A stretch of 64,000 bases of DNA from Camelus dromedarius. Its lineage: Eukaryota. The position numbers and the translations under genes were made by a program. The stretch is taken from NCBI RefSeq assembly GCF_036321535.1, contig NC_087447.1, forward strand, positions 48,424,001 to 48,488,000, read 5' to 3'. Shown here piece by piece: positions 12,316 through 24,511 of this stretch. Position 1 is the first letter of the stretch. The number at the start of each line of letters is the position of its first letter. The notes beneath the pieces are model-generated. The model was not told where the DNA came from. It did not search any database and was given only the letters and a program-made list of their open reading frames with translations.

Positions 12316-14071
12316 CTATATTAAAAACCAAAATAAGAATCCACTTATTTATCTATTTGATGACAGTTATTAGAACTATTTTACTTGGAAAATAAAGGCA
12401 AGGAAATATCTGTGACCGAAATGATAAGCAGGGGAGATTAACAGAGAAAATGGAAAGAGCATATAGGCTTTGGAGCCAGTCAGTCTTGGGTTCAGATCTC
12501 TACTGTCACTTGTCAGCTTTGTGGTCATGAGCAGACTATCCTCTGAGTTGATTTATCTTTAAAATGTGATTAACACTACCCTTTTCATAGGGTTATGGTG
12601 AAAAAAATGAGATAAATGGGCACACTGTGTGGCACATATATAGGCAATTATTAGCTCCTTTCGAAATTCATCCTTTCCTTGTGACCATTAGTTCTCCTTC
12701 TGTCATCACCTTGCTTAGAACTCCCCATTTTCTTCTAGGATAAAGATTAAACTCCCAAGCTTGCCTTCAAAGCCTTTCAGCTTCAAGCCTTGCTCCTTGC
12801 TCTCTTTTAATATACCCTTTAAAGAGACTCCCCTTATCTGCTCTCACCTCCACCCCAAACAACCCTCTGTTTTGCTCTTGTGCTTTCTTTCTGAGGGGGG
12901 AGTTTCTTTGACTGACTGTAGAATGTATGCTTGGTGAAAGCACAGACAATGCCTGTCTTGTCCACCACTGCATCCTGCTGGAACTAGTAACACAATAATG
13001 CCTGGCATAGCTGGTACTCAAGAAAAAGCAGACTGATTATTTCTAACCAAATGGAAGCCAAAAACAAGAGTCCACTTCTGGGGTCCTGACTACCAACAAG
13101 TTAGGTATCTGGCAGAAGAGGTTCCTTTTTTTCCCTTTAAAGAGAAAAAACTTATTTATCTCTGTAGAATCTACACATTTTGAGCAAAAATAATACCAAT
13201 TGAGGGTTAAAGGTGCTGATCTAGTTGATTTCTCAATATTCCCCAAGGTGTGCCTGATAGTTTTCTGGACCTTAACCTTAGACCGTGATTCAGTGGAATG
13301 GAGTGGGACTCAGGAATCTGTATTTCAAAATAAGTAATCCAGGTGATTCTTTTGTTCAGGCAAGTTTGGGAAGTAGTTGTTCTGGAGTGGTCTTTGTCTG
13401 GGCTGCACAGTGGAATTACCTGGGGAGTTATGAAAAATGATGCCTGGGTATCACTCTCAGAGATCCTGATGCACCTAACCCACAGCGCAGCCTGGCGTCT
13501 GTATTTTAAAAAGCTCTCTCAATAATTCTAATACAGTCAAACTGAGAACCACCATTTTAAGGGGTTTTTCAAAGGGTGGGCTATGGATCACCAACTTCTA
13601 GAATCATCTGGGGTGCTTGCTAAAAATGTGGTCTTCTGGTCTCTGAGAATTAAAAATTTAAGTATGTTTGTAGTTGAGTTTTTCTGAAAATAAAGTGGCA
13701 CAAGTTCAGGAACTGCTACTGAAGAACTCATCTAATTCATCCTCTCTTTTTTGGGTTGCAAAATGTGAAGCTTAAGATGGGAAAGGGTCTACTCAGAGTC
13801 AAACAGTAAGTCTGTGCCAGAAACCCACCGAAGACCCAACCCGGTTCCCCTGCCTGTCAGTTCAATGCTCTTTCCATTGCATGTGCTCTGGTGTCATGCT
13901 AGTGTGTCTCTCCTTCCAAAAGGAAGATGGTAAGTATGTAAATAAGTAAAATGGTGAAAGCTATTGGTCTCTATTTGTCACAGGGGTTTGTCTGAGGATA
14001 GATATTCAAATGTTCTTCGACTAAGCACCCAGTGACCGTAACTCCTCAACAAGAGGGGCCCTGAGCCATAC

Positions 14072-14292
14072 CCGTGATTAAGGAGCTGACTTGCAACACG
14101 AGGTCATTGGATTTCTCCAGGATGCTTTGTTTCTCAGGGTCTAGGCTGCTGGCTCCTGGCTGAAGATGGTCCCTCTGGCTCTCCTGGCACTGCAAGATGG
14201 CGGTATGAGTCTGAGGACTGAGGGGAAGTAAGGGTTTGGTGAGCTTCTGGCTGAAGTACCGCTGGATCTGATCTAGCTCACTCAGATTCTTC
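14072..14292 (-). CDS. C2CD3: C2CD3 exon (~30), 221 nt, [20 protein letters not shown]...LQVSSLIT
   Basis: Translated by hand; acceptor cttttggcag|G, donor ACG G|gtatgg; phase 2/1. Confidence 0.94.
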
Positions 14293-15310
14293 CTGCCAAA
14301 AGAAAAAAGGGATTATAAGCATCTTTTACATTCCCTTGACATTCTATCACTTGAGCTAGATCTTTAATATCTCTCACTTGGTCCATTAAAACTAGGACCC
14401 CCGTCTCCAATCCACCAATTCATCCTTCACCTCTCTGAATATAATCCCACTCCTGGGGACAATGTTCTCCTCTGTCTGTCTGGCTAACAGGATTCCTCTT
14501 CTATCCAGCAAATATTCTGCTTCCTTGTAGGGAACCATTCTTATCATCACTCCAGTCCTCATTTCCCCTTAATCTGGGCTAGCTCTGACCTTTGCTACCT
14601 CATAACCATTTCTGAGCCTTCAAGCAAGTGACCTCTTCTAGCAAGTCTTCCCTGCCTCTCTAAGTTGGTTTAAGGGTCCCTCCTCTGCTCCACAGTTCTT
14701 CCTGTACTCTTCAATCATATCACTTGTTTGTTTCACATCTATTTCCCCTGATGTGGTATGAACTCTGTGCTGATTCCTTTGTATCTTCTGCACCCAGCAC
14801 AGTTGCTTGGCACAAAATAAATGAATGGAGAATGGATAAATAGACATTAAAAAATGACTTAAAATTTTATCTTTTTTCCAAAACCCTTTAATAGGGCCAC
14901 ATTCATTCTTACTACTCCAATGAGAAATCACAACAACCACTACTCCCTTCACTTGCACAGGATTTTATGTTTTATGCTTTCAAATACATTTTCTTGTTTA
15001 ATTCTCATCCAACTGCATGACATCAGTAATTGTTTTACAGATAAGGAATGTGAGGATCGGAGAATGTAAGTGATCTGTCTGGGGTTAGTAGTAGTATGCA
15101 GCTACTCAGAACTTGGGATTCTAAGTCTTATACTTCTTTCATTATAAAAGATGGTCTCCGTCCTAGCTGGATTCATTTCTGCCTCAAACCTCTGCATGCC
15201 AGAACCAGAGTTCAAGCTGCTCCTTGCTCTGTCCCTATTCCATTCATTTTTTAAGGTATAGTTCATAGTTCTCCTTTTTTTTTTTTAAGGTATCTTTTTG
15301 TTGTTTTTTT

Positions 15311-15536
15311 GGGGGGAGGTAATTAGGTTTATTTTTATTTTATTTTATTATTTTAATTAATAGACAATTTTTTTAGAGCAGTTTCAGGTTCACAGAAGAA
15401 TTGGGCAGAAAATACAGAGAGTTTGAACATTTTCCCACATATTTATCATTATTTTTTAAATGGAGGTACTGGGGATTGAACCCAGGCCCTCTTGCATGCT
15501 AAGCAGGTACCGTACCACTCGGCTACACCCTCCCCC
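15311..15536 (-). mobile_element. tRNA-derived SINE (camelid vic-1-like) with an internal L1-like segment
   Basis: ggggggaggtaattaggttt...tggaggtactggggattgaacccagg...ctacaccctcccc; tRNA B-box GGTTCAATCC on the minus strand. Confidence 0.8.
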
Positions 15537-16179
15537 TCAAATTCCTTCACTCTAGGCATCTAACCTTCTGTCTTAAATTTTCCCTTAGTTTTGTTATGTG
15601 TTAGTTTAATTTCCCTAACTAGGCCATGAGCATCTGATAATAGAAGATAGTATCTCAAACGTCTCTATTTCTCTAGCACCCTCAATGTGCCTGGTACAAT
15701 GGGCACAACACACACTCAATACCTGTGAAATAAACTGAAAGTCCTTCTATCCTTCTGTTAGGAACAGTCAGAGTGTCTTTGAGTCAAATCTAAATTAAAT
15801 GAGAGAAGAAAGCTGATCCTTATTCTGTCACTAGATCTACAATTCTATCAAATCACAGCGGACTGACTTGGATGTCTGTATCTGGCTGGCTGGGTGTATG
15901 CCACATGAATACCTGTAGCCAAACCAATGTAAACCTGGTGAAGCTCCAGAAAATATGCAAGCCCAAATGGCATTGTCAGAGGTTCTGGGTGTAGAACCTA
16001 CTAACACTAAGCTGCAATTTTCTCATCTGTGAAAAAGGTTTGGGAATATGTGCCCTGCAGGCCTCATAGGATTGCTGTGACTCAAAGGAATCCCGTTTTA
16101 GGGCTCTGTGAACCTAGGAAATAATGCAAAATTTACATTATCTTATTTCATCTCTATTTTGTAGAGAATTTGTCTATGG

Positions 16180-16371
16180 CAGTGGTTCTCAAAACCTGGT
16201 TCTAGGACTACTATCATCAGCATCACCTGAGAAGTTGTTAGAAATGCAGATTCTCAGCCCCTGCCTAGATCTACTGAATCAGGAACTGCATGGGTGAGTG
16301 GGTCTCAGCAATCGCTGTTTTAACAAGCCCTCCATGTGATTCTGACACACACTCAATTTTGAGAATCACTG
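16180..16371. mobile_element. MER5A-like hAT-Charlie element
   Basis: Inverted termini cagtggttctcaaaa / ttttgagaatcactg; internal catcacctgagaagttgttagaaatgcagattctc. Confidence 0.8.
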
Positions 16372-16380
16372 CTCCAAGAG

Positions 16381-16597
16381 CAGTGATTTTTAGCCTGGTG
16401 GTTTTGGCCCCAAGGGAACATTTGGCAATGTAGAGAGACATTTTTGGTTGTCACAATTAGGGGAGAGGTGCCACCGGTATCTAGTGGATAGGGGCCAGGG
16501 ATGCTGCTAAATATCCCACAGTGCACAGGACAGGCCCCATATTGGGGCAAAATACTCAGCCCAAATGTCCACAGTGCTGAGGGGGAAAGAAACTGCT
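16381..16597. mobile_element. MER20-like hAT-Charlie element
   Basis: catttggcaatgtagagagacatttttggttgtcacaa...ggccagggatgctgctaaatatccca. Confidence 0.8.
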
Positions 16598-17896
16598 CCA
16601 GGGCCGAGGAGAGTTTCTTTTTCTCTCTCCTCTGGGTTCAAAAGTATGTTATGTGAGTGATTCAATAAAATGCAGCCAAACTGTCAATGGTTTTACTTAG
16701 CCTCCAGGCTCCAGCATCTTACTAAAATGAGAATCTGAACATATTACTTCCTTGTAATATAAGTTTGGGCAGTTTCCCAGTCTGTAGCATACTGCTTCAA
16801 TCCTTTCTAACCTATGTCCTACCAAAAAAGATTTCGTCAGTAGTTCATTCTGAGCTTGCTTGAAACCAAATAATTGGTTAGTTTTTTCCAAATACAAAAT
16901 CCCTTAAATATTTTTTTTCCCTCAAACTTTACACACTCTCTTCCTCCCTAACCTATCACTTTCCATTTGAGAATCAGTGTTCTAAAAAGTCCACTCCTAG
17001 CCTGACATTCAAAGCCCTTCAGGATCTGACCCTCACAGAACCTGCTCTCTACTTACATCTTATTGCTCAACTTTATTGTACCTGCACTGCGGGTGTTCCC
17101 CCAAGCTGTATTTGTTGTTTCATGCCCCTGGGCCTTAGTACATTTTTTCTGCACAGAATGCCCTTCATATTTGTTGACCTGTTCCTTCAAAGACCAGTTC
17201 AAATGTGACTTCTTTGTATCCTTCCATGACCAACCTGGAATGTTACTCATTCCTCCATCTATCCTTGGCTAGGAAACCTGGAATGCTTATCAAACATTGT
17301 TATAATCATAATGGCAACATGACTGTCTCCTCCACTGGGAATGGTAGAGCCAAGATTGGAAATCAAGTCTATCTGACTCTGGAACCAAGTCCTTTCCACT
17401 GCACCATACTTCTTACTATAAACCTGGAGCTGATCCAGATGATCTATGATGGCCTTTTTAATTCTCTCAGATGCTGACTAAACTAAGAAAGGGACAGGGG
17501 AGCATTAACAGGACAGATGCTGATCTGAAAGAATCCAGTGGTTGTGAGGATTAAGACAGTGAGCAGGATGAGGCTTTGTAAATTGTAGAGTAGATCTGAG
17601 GCTATGTAGGTGTAAAGGTGGTTATTAAGTTTGGTGACTAATCTAAAGTTTCTATATTTATAGGCAGACTAGTAATAGAGCCCCCTGAAGGAACAGAAGG
17701 CCCCAAGCAGAGAGAGATTCATTTGTGGGGAATCTCGTGAAGCTCCAGGTCCACTTGGACACTTAACATACACCAAAGCCCCTGCTAAACCTCCCTGAGT
17801 GGTGAGAGCTGACAGAAAGCAGGACTGCAGGTTGCCTTTGCCCATTCACTGAGCCCCCTATGGTTCCCCGTGTCTCCTCTTAGCAGAGAGCCTCAC

Positions 17897-18058
17897 CTGA
17901 GAGAAGTCAGAATGGAAGTATGGGAGGACAGGGGTGATGTGGCCAGTTTGTCATCACTTGGCAAGACTGCCTCTCCCTGCTGCAGGGATTCATGAAATCG
18001 GCGGATGTTCTGTACATGCTCTTCATGGCGTGATGCCTGGCTTCTTGTGGTACCGCTT
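17897..18058 (-). CDS. C2CD3: C2CD3 exon (~29), 162 nt, [25 protein letters not shown]...ILTSL(R)
   Basis: ORF 17893..18108; acceptor ttcctgacag|A, donor AG|gtgagg; phase 2/2. Confidence 0.94.
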
Positions 18059-18504
18059 CTGTCAGGAATAAACGGGAGGAAATACATTCCCAACCAATGA
18101 GAAAACAATAAATGTGTGACAATACACGAGTCACCCTCCTGAAATGATACTGCAAATCCATCCCCACTACCACAGTTCTGGCTTCATCAACTCAATTGCC
18201 TGGATTACAGTTATCTCCTAATTAATTTTGCCTTTAATCTTACATATTCCCCTTTAATAAAATTTCCACATTATTGTCTCAGCAATTTTTTTTTAAAAAC
18301 ACAGATCTGAAATAACAATAGCAACAACATTTATGGAGCCCTTATTACGTGCCAAGCACTGTTCGAAGCATTCAACGTGTACTAACCTATTTGATTACCC
18401 CCATTCCTTTCTAGTTTTGACTTCTCTTTTTTGATCTATAGAACAAATTTCAAATTCCTTAGCATGGCATTTGAGAACTTGATCCCAGGAATAATCATCT
18501 TCTT

Positions 18505-19775
18505 TTTAAGTAACAGCTTCATTGAAATATAATTCACATACTATACAATTCATCCTTTTAAAGTGTACAATTGAATGAATTTTAGTATATTCAGAGTTAT
18601 GCAACTATCATCACAATCAATTTTTTTGTATGTATTTTTATTAAACCACCATCAATTTTAAAACATTCTAGTGGATGTGAAGTGGTATATCTTTATGGTT
18701 TTTATTTACATTTCCCTGATGGCTGATGATGTCAAACAACTTTTCACCTGCTTATTGGCCATTTGTGTATCATCTTTAGAGATGTATCTATTCAGATCAT
18801 TTGCCAATTTTTAATTGAGTATTTGCTTTAATATTTAGTTGTAAGAATTCTTTATATATTCTGGATACAAGTTTCTTATCAGATCTATGATTTGCAAATA
18901 TTTTCTTACATTCTATGGGTTGTCTTTTCACTTTCTTAGTATCATTTGTAGCATGAAAGTTTTAAATTTTGATGAACACAATTTATTTTTTCTTTTGTTG
19001 CTTCTACTTTTGGTGTCATATCTAAGGAATCACTGCCTAATCCAAAGTTACAAAGATTTACTCCTATGTTTTATCCTAAGAGGTTTTATAGTTTTAGCTA
19101 TTATGTATAGATATATGATCCATTTGGAGTAAGTTTTTGTGTAAGGACTGAGGGAGGGGTCCGATTTCAGTCTTTTGCATGTGTATATCCAGTTGTTCCA
19201 GCACCATTTGTTGAAAAACTATTCTTTCCTCATTAAACCTTGGTACCTTTGACATCTTAGCACATTGGTTTATTTCTAGACTGTCAATTCCATTCTATTG
19301 ATCTACATATCCTTATACCAGTACCACACTGAATTGTTTATAGTAGCTTTGTAGTAAGTTTTAAAATTGGGAAACTTTTCCTTCTTTTTCAAGATTGTTT
19401 TGCCTGTTCTGTGTCCCTTAAATTTGTATATGAATTTTAGGACTAGCGTGCCCATTTCCATAAGGAATCTAGCAGGGACTGTGATATAGGGAGTATGCTG
19501 AATCTGTAGACCAATTTGGGGAATATTGCTGTCTTAACAGTATTGTCTTCTAATCCATGAACACAGGATAGCTTTCCATTTATTTAGAACTTCTTTAAGT
19601 TCTTTCAATATTGTTTTGTAGTTTTCAGAGAGTAAGTTTTGTACTTTTCTATTAAATTTATTCTTAAGTATTTTATTCTTTTTGATGCTATTGTAAATGG
19701 AATTGTTTTTTTCAATTTCATTTTGGATTATTCATTGCTGATGTATAAAAAACACAATTGATTTCATATACTATG
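18505..19775 (-). mobile_element. LINE-1 fragment(s), 3' end and ORF2 C-terminal region
   Basis: tccagttgttccagcaccatttgttgaaaa, gatgctattgtaaatggaattg and other typical L1 antisense text. Boundaries approximate. Confidence 0.85.
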
Positions 19776-21002
19776 TTTCAAAAGTTTCTCAGTTTAAATA
19801 TCTAATACAGAAAAAATTGATAGATATAACCTACAGAAACAAAACTTTGAGGTCACCAATAATTTCTAAGTGTATAAAGTGGTTTTGAAGTGGAAATGTT
19901 TGAGAACCACTGCTTTATTAAGGTATAACCGGTATATAATAAACTTTACATATTTAAAGGATACAGTATGATGCGTTTTGACCTATATGTATCTCTAAAG
20001 AAACCACTACCACATCAAGATAATGAACACATCCATCACCCCTAAAACTTTCCACCTGTCCTCTCTCCCACTCCATTCATCCTGCCTTGTCCCTAGGCAA
20101 CCACTGATTTGCCTTCTGTCACTACAGATTAGTGTGCATTTTCTAGAATTTTATATAAATGGAATCATACAATGTGTTGTTTGTCTAACCTCTCTCTCAG
20201 CGTAATTATTGTGAGATTCCTTTGACTGGCTATGATCAACGTAACACCTATAAAACAGATAACAGAATTGATCTAAACTTGGGATCTAGGATTTGATCGA
20301 CACATGGGCTCAGTTTATGCAGAGGGTAGAGGCTCCCTTCATGTGGTGAACAGGTAGAAAGCTACACAGCACTGAAATGGGTCTTTGAGTGGCTAAGCAG
20401 TATAAGAGTGTCTTGGAATAAAGGGTCTATTTAGTAACTGCTGCTGTAGGAGTGGTGCTACAAGATCACTTGCCTTATCCTCGAAGTGGAGAGAAAGACA
20501 TGGGGAAGACTGGTGGAGGTGGGGGATGCCAAATGGCACTAAGGCCTGGAAGGGAGGGGTGGAAAGAAGCAATCTTAGATCCTGCCCTTTGACGGGATGG
20601 AGTATGCTCCAGCCCTGATATCCAAATGCATATTCATAGTTGGCTTGGTGAAAAGGATGGGCAGCTGCTTTTTACAAAATAACCTAGCACACAGGTTTGG
20701 AAGGGGAAAAAGATCATGGTATGTTTCTCACACAGCTGATGACTGACTTTAGGGAAAAAGGTAAAAGGCCTCTGAGGAAGAGTCCCTTGCACTGAAGCTA
20801 TCTTTCTGATACCAGTAAAAGTTCTAGTTCCTATCTTATAAAAACTTTCTTTTCACAGGCTCTTGGAGTTCCCAGGGGTTATGAAAGAAGGTCAGCAGTC
20901 TATCCCCGTCTCTTGTTTCTTCCTTTAATAAAGGAAAGAGAAACGACAAGCCAGTTTACACACTCTGACTCCATTTCCTCCTATCATAAAGAAATCACTC
21001 AC

Positions 21003-21136
21003 CTCCCAGGAGAGGAGAAATCAAGCTCCTTTGATGAGATATGAGCAAACTGTTCTGGAGTCTGTCTTGCAATGCAGCTGGGGAATGCAGCATACATATC
21101 GGAGGCAGGGAAGGAAAAGGTGCTGTATACTGGGAT
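21003..21136 (-). CDS. C2CD3: C2CD3 exon (~28), 134 nt, [13 protein letters not shown]...DFSSPG(R)
   Basis: ORF 20999..21280; acceptor gcttctacag|ATC, donor AG|gtgagt; phase 0/2. Confidence 0.92.
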
Positions 21137-21532
21137 CTGTAGAAGCAATGAGAAAAATGGTACACTTGTAGCCACAAATCCTTTGGAACACAGCAGAGTA
21201 AATAAGTGTGTAAAATTTATCAAATGTGTATAAATATAATTTATTGAGTATTTTCTATGTATGGAACACTTACTAAGCAACTTACATGCATTTGTTCATT
21301 TAAACTTCACAATAATCTTATGAGGTAGGTACTTTTATTACTCTGTTTTACAGACTATATTATCAGATTGTTTTTGAAAAGTTGCTGTATTTATATTTAT
21401 GCTCTTGTTTCCTCCAGCTAGTTCTGTGAACTCCTGGCTGGGTATCTTACATTTACTTTACATGTGAATAATCTGGCTATGATATTTCTTGCCTCATGAT
21501 TACCAGGTTGATGTGAAGAAAAGACCTTTGTA

Positions 21533-21617
21533 GGAGGGGAGGGCAGTATCTCAGTGGTAAAACTTAGCACGCACGAGGTTCTGGGTTCAATTCCTCGTGC
21601 CTCCATTAAAAAAAAAA
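21533..21617 (+). mobile_element. tRNA-derived SINE (short form) with poly(A) tail and target-site duplication
   Basis: A-box-like tatctcagtggta, B-box ggttcaattcc and A tail; flanked by aaaagacctttgta (21519-21532) and aaaagacctttcta (21614-21627). Confidence 0.85.
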
Positions 21618-22197
21618 GACCTTTCTATATAGGAACTATTTAACTCTGTCATTTTCTCATGTATTCAATCATTCACTCATTCATTTATTCAATATTTATT
21701 AACACCACCCTCTGCCAGACCCTGGGCCAGGCATGTGTGATAGAGAGATGAGTAAACAGTCTTTGCCTTGACAGATCGCCCCTACCTGGGACAGTCTGGA
21801 AAATTCTCCCTTCCTTTACAGTTAAACTCCCTGAAGAGTTGTCTATACTTACCATCATAAATTCTCCTCTTCCCATTCTCTTTTTTAAACAGACCAATGA
21901 TTTTAATGTAACAGAGTTTTTTAAGAAAAGGTCATCCAGTATGGTTTCAGATTCCACACTGCAACTAATTTTATTTAAAAACTGAGATTTAATTCATGTA
22001 TTATAAAATCCACCCTTTGAAAGTGTTCAATTCAGTGGTTTTCAGTATATTCAGAATTGTGTATCCATCATCACTATGTAATTCCAGAACATGTTTATCA
22101 CCCCAAAAAGTCATGAGGTCATTATGAGACACAAAGGTGTTCTGTAAGCTGGAAAGGCCCAAATACATGTAAATTATTTTCTCACTGGTTTTGCTCA

Positions 22198-22626
<429 letters not shown>

Positions 22627-24406
22627 TTATAGGACTCTCTAGGGGTCCTGGAAGGTAGGGAATGTATTTTATTCATCCCTATACCCAACAGCCCTAGCAT
22701 TGTACCTGACACATAGTAGGCATAATAATAAAAATAAATAGCTCTATTTATTGAATACCAATTATGTGCCAAATACTATATATAATTATCTCTAATCCTT
22801 ACAAAAACACTATAGGGCTGGTACTATTGTCCTAACTTTAAAGATAAGGGGAAAAAAAAGGCTCAAAGAAGTAAAGCCCTTTATCTCAGGTCACACAGTT
22901 TGTAAACAGCAGAGCCAAGATTTGAATACAAATTTTCCAATTATTTTTTCCTGCTAAAGTAAGTGTTGAATTGAGGCAAAGCCTGGTCTGCTTGACAATC
23001 TCTAGAGTACTTTAGAGAGAAGACAGCAATAGAAAACAAGAGAGGAGTGTGCAACCCAGCTAAATAAACCAGGAATTCCTTATGTTTCATCAGAGAAAAC
23101 TGATTGACAATCAGCTCCTGCCCCATTGATGAGGTTTGGCAGGGTTGTGAATGCCCGGCAGCAGCATGGGACGAGTCATCAAAACCAGATCCACAGCATC
23201 ACTCCCAAACAGGAGCACAAGAAGAGAGTCAGGTAAGTCGACTTCCTTTACCCTCTGACTATCCTCAGATCTTTCTGAGGCTTTGGGGCTAGCCCTGAAA
23301 CTTACCAATGGCAAGCAAACACTGTGATGCTGTAGATAACTCAAAACAACTGAAGGTTTGGAAACCAAGATCCAGAAGGAATCTTAAAGGGGCCAGATTT
23401 ACAGGAGGGATTTAGTGAGACTGAATTTTCTAAGCATAAGATTTGTGAGATAGTCGAATGCCCTAACTACCTCATTTTTCTGAGTGATCCAATCTTCCCA
23501 GCATGGTGAAGTACAAACGGCAAAGGCTGTACAGCCAGTCAGAACTGGGTTTGAATCCCAGCTCCATCAATTAACAGGCACATGACCTTTGTCAAGCCAC
23601 TAAACTTCCTTGGGCCTCAGTTTCTACATCTATAAAATTGAACTAGTCATATTTTTACCTTGCAGGATTAGAGATATTTGTAAAGGTTTCAGCATATTGC
23701 CAGTCACTCGTAAAAACAACAAAAACTGAGATGGTGTTTACTAAGTTAGCAAGCACTCATTTAATTTCCCCCAAGCCCTATGAGGTAGGTACTGTTATTA
23801 TCCCTACGTTATAGATAAGGGAACTGAAGCACAGAGAAGTTAAGTTACTCACTGAAGGTCACCCTACCCTGTAAGGGGCAGAATTGGTATTTGAATCCAA
23901 AGAGTGTGGTTTTACAGACTGTGTCCTTAATGCTGTTGTATTAAACCTTCTAATAAATGATAGCTGAGTAAAACTAGATTCAAGGACCATGATGTCAGCA
24001 CCTCCATAGTGGGTCTTAAAACAGGGAAGGACAAGCTGTCAGACTCTGGTCTTGTGTACTGCCTGAACATGCTAGGGTCTTGGTTAATACGCCAGAGTCA
24101 ACAGAAGGCATAACATCATAAAAAGGGGGAAGAAATCACTTGTATATCGTAGCTGTACATTGTGATTATTGAGGTATGATTTGAAAGACTCAAATGTACT
24201 TGGATTTCTGCACTACGCAGGTAGTCAAAATGATATGGTTTCTAAGGATTTAAACTCCATAGGAGAATGCTGAGGCATTCTGTGGAATTCCCTCTAACAT
24301 ATACATGTGTTCCCAGCACCATCAGAACATGATTTTACTCGATTAAAAAAAGAAAAGGATTGCCAAATTGTCAATATAATGTGAGCTTATTTTTACAACC
24401 AGGTTA

Positions 24407-24511
<105 letters not shown>

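Noticed and set aside
21533..21606. tRNA gene
   Set aside because: Internal deletion, poly(A) tail and TSD indicate a SINE, not a functional tRNA.
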